A program made the position numbers and the translations under genes. 64,000 nucleotides of DNA from positions 13,151,903 to 13,215,902 of the forward strand of contig CM082577.2 in assembly GCA_040954595.2 (NCBI GenBank), written 5' to 3'. Origin of the DNA: Balanoglossus misakiensis (Eukaryota > Animalia > Hemichordata). Shown one piece after another: positions 60,610 to 64,000 of the stretch. Under the pieces are notes generated by a model, which was not told where the DNA came from, searched no databases, and saw only the letters and a list, made by a program, of their open reading frames with translations. The stretch's first letter is position 1, and each line of letters begins with the position of its first letter.

Positions 60610-62822
60610 TAGACCCACAGATGTTCTGAAACCAAGCCAATCGGGGTAAATACGTCGAGATTTCTGAGTTTCTACCAGACAACCTCCTACCAAACTCAAT
60701 CAAATCCGTCAGTACTCGCATTGCTCTGGACCCGGACAACCCCTTCGTTGCAACAGTCGAGTCACAACCGAACCGCAAGTCCATCCACACACTGGGTATC
60801 TGGCTTGCTACCTTTGGAACATTCGCCGCCTCCGGGCTTACTACTTCCCCCACGAAGCCGTCCACCTGATTAACTACATGCGTCTTATAGGTAAGCGTTG
60901 CTGTTTCACGACAAAGCATTCAGGCAAAACATGGCCAGATACCCGGATCTACAAAGTTGGAGCAACCCCAGCCCTTCACTTGATTACACATTCTTCCAGC
61001 AAAACCCGTATCTACTCCTACAATTATGGTACGGATGTAATAAAAGAGGCCACACCAAACCTGACTGCCCATCATTGCCAGCACGGTCCAATACAAGCAT
61101 AGCAAGTCAAGATTCTTACCAAGGCGCTCCCCAGAACCACCTCCGAATATGCAAAGACTAAAAACGTGGCTTCTGTAAATCACCATGTCCCGGACGCCGC
61201 ATCCACATCTGCAGCACATGCTATGCCAACGACCACATCCCCACCTTCCGTAATTCTCAACAGCGGCAGCCCCGTCAGCCCTTTCGTCCAAGCGGACCCA
61301 AGCAATCCACACCACAGCCCTTGCGACCACCAAGTCAAGACCCCGGACATAATCAAAACAACATTCCCAGCAACACCCCTCAAATCTGAATGGCCCGAGC
61401 AGCACAGCCAGAGGAAAGAACCATCCATCGCATGGAAACTACTCTTCCCCATCTACCTGGCATGCATAATTTGGGGCCATCGTTGGCAAGGCAGACGCAT
61501 CATGTTTCATGTTGACAATCAAACCGTCGTTGATATCTGGAAGGAAGGGTCATCACGCTGCCCCCTCATCATGGAAATCGTCCGCGGGATGTTTTTCACC
61601 TTGGCCAGGGGCAATTTCCACATTATGGTCACCGACATTGCAGGCACTAAGGGACCGTTCAGTTTTTACGGCCGGGGGCGGCAAGTTTGTGTCATCGGTC
61701 TTCAAAATCAGGCCGACCCCCTCCACCCAGGACCAAAAAATGATGACCCCCCCCCCCTTTGACAGACCCAAAAATATGATGAACCCCCCACGCCGAAAAC
61801 ATCCGCCGTCCTGATCCTATGTACACTGTATGCAATAAAGGCAATGAGGCTCCTCACACCTCAATTAAAATTTCTTAAAGTATTATTGAAGTATATAATA
61901 GTATATCGTTGCATTAAAGAAATCTATGAACAAATTAAAATGACAAGTCAATACAATAGTTGCTAAAACTGGTATTTCACAAGAAAAGTGGCGGGGGTGG
62001 GCGTGATATCCCCCTCCCACATAAGAAAATTTTGTAAAATACGGCGCTCAAAGTTGCATTTTAATGAACTCCAAAGCAAATAAACTCAATGTTAGGGAGG
62101 ACAAATTTTAATTTTGCCACTCCACTCTAAGTAAGCATCTGCCCTGGTACACTAGACTAACCAGCGAATAAATGCAATGTGGCGAATAATGAAGGGGGTG
62201 GGTGTGGGAGGGGGTGTCCCCTTCCCACATAAGAAAATTGTGTAAAATATGTAGCGCAAAGTTTCATTTTAATGAACTCCAAAGCAAATTATCTCAATGT
62301 TTTGGAGGACCAATTTTATTTTTTGCCACTCCACTAAAAGTTAGAAGATTTGGCGTCATCTTCGTCACGACATCATTTATAAAACTTCTAGTATATAGAA
62401 GATGCAGCGCGAACCTATCAGTTATGCGAAATGCTTTAAACGATTATTCTCTTTTATGTATTTAGTTTGTTAAATGTTATCATCGGTGGGGTTGGGGTGG
62501 CAAGCACTCTGCCGTGGTACACTAGACAAACAGCAAATTATGAATGAAGGGGGTGGGTGTGGGAGGGGGTGTCCCCCTCTCACATTAGAAAATTTTGCAA
62601 AATAAAGGGCGCGAAACTGCTATTTTGTGGACTAAAAAGCAAAAGTTCGGTGGAAAAAGTATGTGACACCCCCCTAAACGTTTAAAAAAACAGATGACCC
62701 CCCCCCCCTTTTGGACTTCAAAATTTAAGTGACCCCCCCCCCCCTGGATTCCCCCCCCCCCTGGCCGTAAAAACTGAACGGTCCCTAAGTACACCATTGC
62801 TGATTCTTTGTCCCGTTTGCAG
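60610..62822 (+). pseudogene. Decayed second-family Ngaro/DIRS retrotransposon (gag plus RNase H, RT deleted), interrupted by a MITE
   Basis: gag-like GKYVEISEFLPDNL, DKAFRQ, CNKRGHTKPDC; RNase H SIAWKLLFPIYLACIIWG...FHVDNQTVV; resumes after the MITE as YTIADSLSRLQ (62790-62822). Confidence 0.85.
61651..62785. mobile_element. PIF/Harbinger-like MITE, 1135 bp
   Basis: TIR GGGACCGTTCAGTTTTTACGGCC; TAA target duplication; removing it restores the RNase H frame (AGTK|YTIADSLSR). Confidence 0.92.
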
Positions 62823-64000
62823 CAAACATACAAACGCGACATAGGAGATGCATCATGCAAGATACTTCCTATCACTATAGAACTCATGTGTTTCGGCCAA
62901 AAATTTTGAGCTAGTAATAGTTTTATTTCTATGATTTCTGTTTGATTTCAGTTGCTTAGTTACCGACACTAGGTCAAGGCACTTGTATAACTATGACTCA
63001 ATACTTCCTGTCAAGGGCATTACCCCCATTACATATTACAGTATCAAAGTTCAACTTCAGTCAAGTGTAAGTGTTAGGTTTCAAATCGCAAATCATGGGT
63101 TTTCAGAGAATAAGCATTGTGCTGAAGAGAGAGTGTCAGTTTTAGCTCTAAACACACTTTGAAAAGACGGACCAATCCATGAGTTATTGATTTTGATGGG
63201 CTAGCAGCCAGGAGGTCATATACATGTAATTCCCGTAAGCCTATTTTCCAAGCTTAAATATTCCATAAAAATGAGTTTTATTCGTGAACTGTGAATACCA
63301 CACTAGTTGGCCATTCTCTCCTAATAGAGATGTACGGAGATGGCATGTGACAATGTTCACCATCATTTAGGCCGATTTTCGTCCTTGGTAGTAATTTATA
63401 TTAAATTTCTGTAACCATAACGACGGATAGAAGATTTTGCGAAATTCCTCAAATTAAGAAACTTGCTATATCTTTGCTACCAATTAAGCTTTAGATGAAA
63501 TTTAAACACTCGAACTTATAATGTCGGGTGCGAGCTTTTGATTGCTAACTTGAACTTTTGGGTTCAAGGTCAAGGTTTTCAGGTCAAAGTGACAAAATGG
63601 GCATTATGGACTTTTGTTCAACATGACACTTTACGGCGAGCGTTTACTAAACACTGTTTGGGTCTTAGAATGCTATAATTTGATCTCCAGATAGAGATGT
63701 GTATTGTTCTCAACCGGTACGTTCGCCACGCCGCTTTCTTAGGTACCCCTGAACATCAAACTCGGAAAAGGTAAATCCATAGCAATAAAAACCCCTGTAA
63801 GAAGGCAGAAAAGCAAATGCTACTTATCTACTTCCCAACTAATCATATAAATAATCTTTTAAACATTTTAATATAAAAATAACAGCTTGTTGTATGTCTG
63901 TTTATTTTTGAATGTTTACAGCTCTGCCTTCTACATCTTTGTGATTAGAATGGAATAATTGTTTTTTTTTTAGTTGTAAATAATTGCATTTCAATACTAT

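Noticed and set aside
62900-64000. First (ATG-containing) exon or promoter of the ankyrin gene
   Set aside because: No convincing ATG-plus-donor exon found; the region looks like degenerate repeat sequence.

Overview
AT-rich eukaryotic genomic DNA, probably from a marine invertebrate (inferred from the transposon repertoire). Most of the window is one minus-strand ankyrin-repeat gene. I can delimit 47 phase-0 exons by hand (60201 down to 11352), each encoding one ankyrin repeat; neither the start nor the stop codon was found. The exons form a 10-exon higher-order module repeated three times, with recent exon triplications. Positions 1-11273 hold a 1.6-kb-unit tandem array. One unit carries a near-intact Ngaro-type tyrosine-recombinase (YR) retrotransposon (4057-9686: gag, RT/RNase H, YR, split direct repeats). 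The introns contain many MITEs and foldbacks, a decayed second Ngaro element, a Crypton (DUF3504-like) remnant and several Crypton-like mini-elements. The most intriguing signals are: (i) four mini-elements with no evident arm-sequence similarity share a terminal hairpin whose recurrent mismatches are strand-specific tandem G.A/A.G pairs; (ii) a hairpin forms only across the Ngaro circle junction and contains the crossover TTT; (iii) Ngaro gag and pol are in frame across a UGA-CUA stop, and the AUG-less YR ORF is preceded by a splice-acceptor-like site. Nearly all other ORFs in the supplied track appear spurious.
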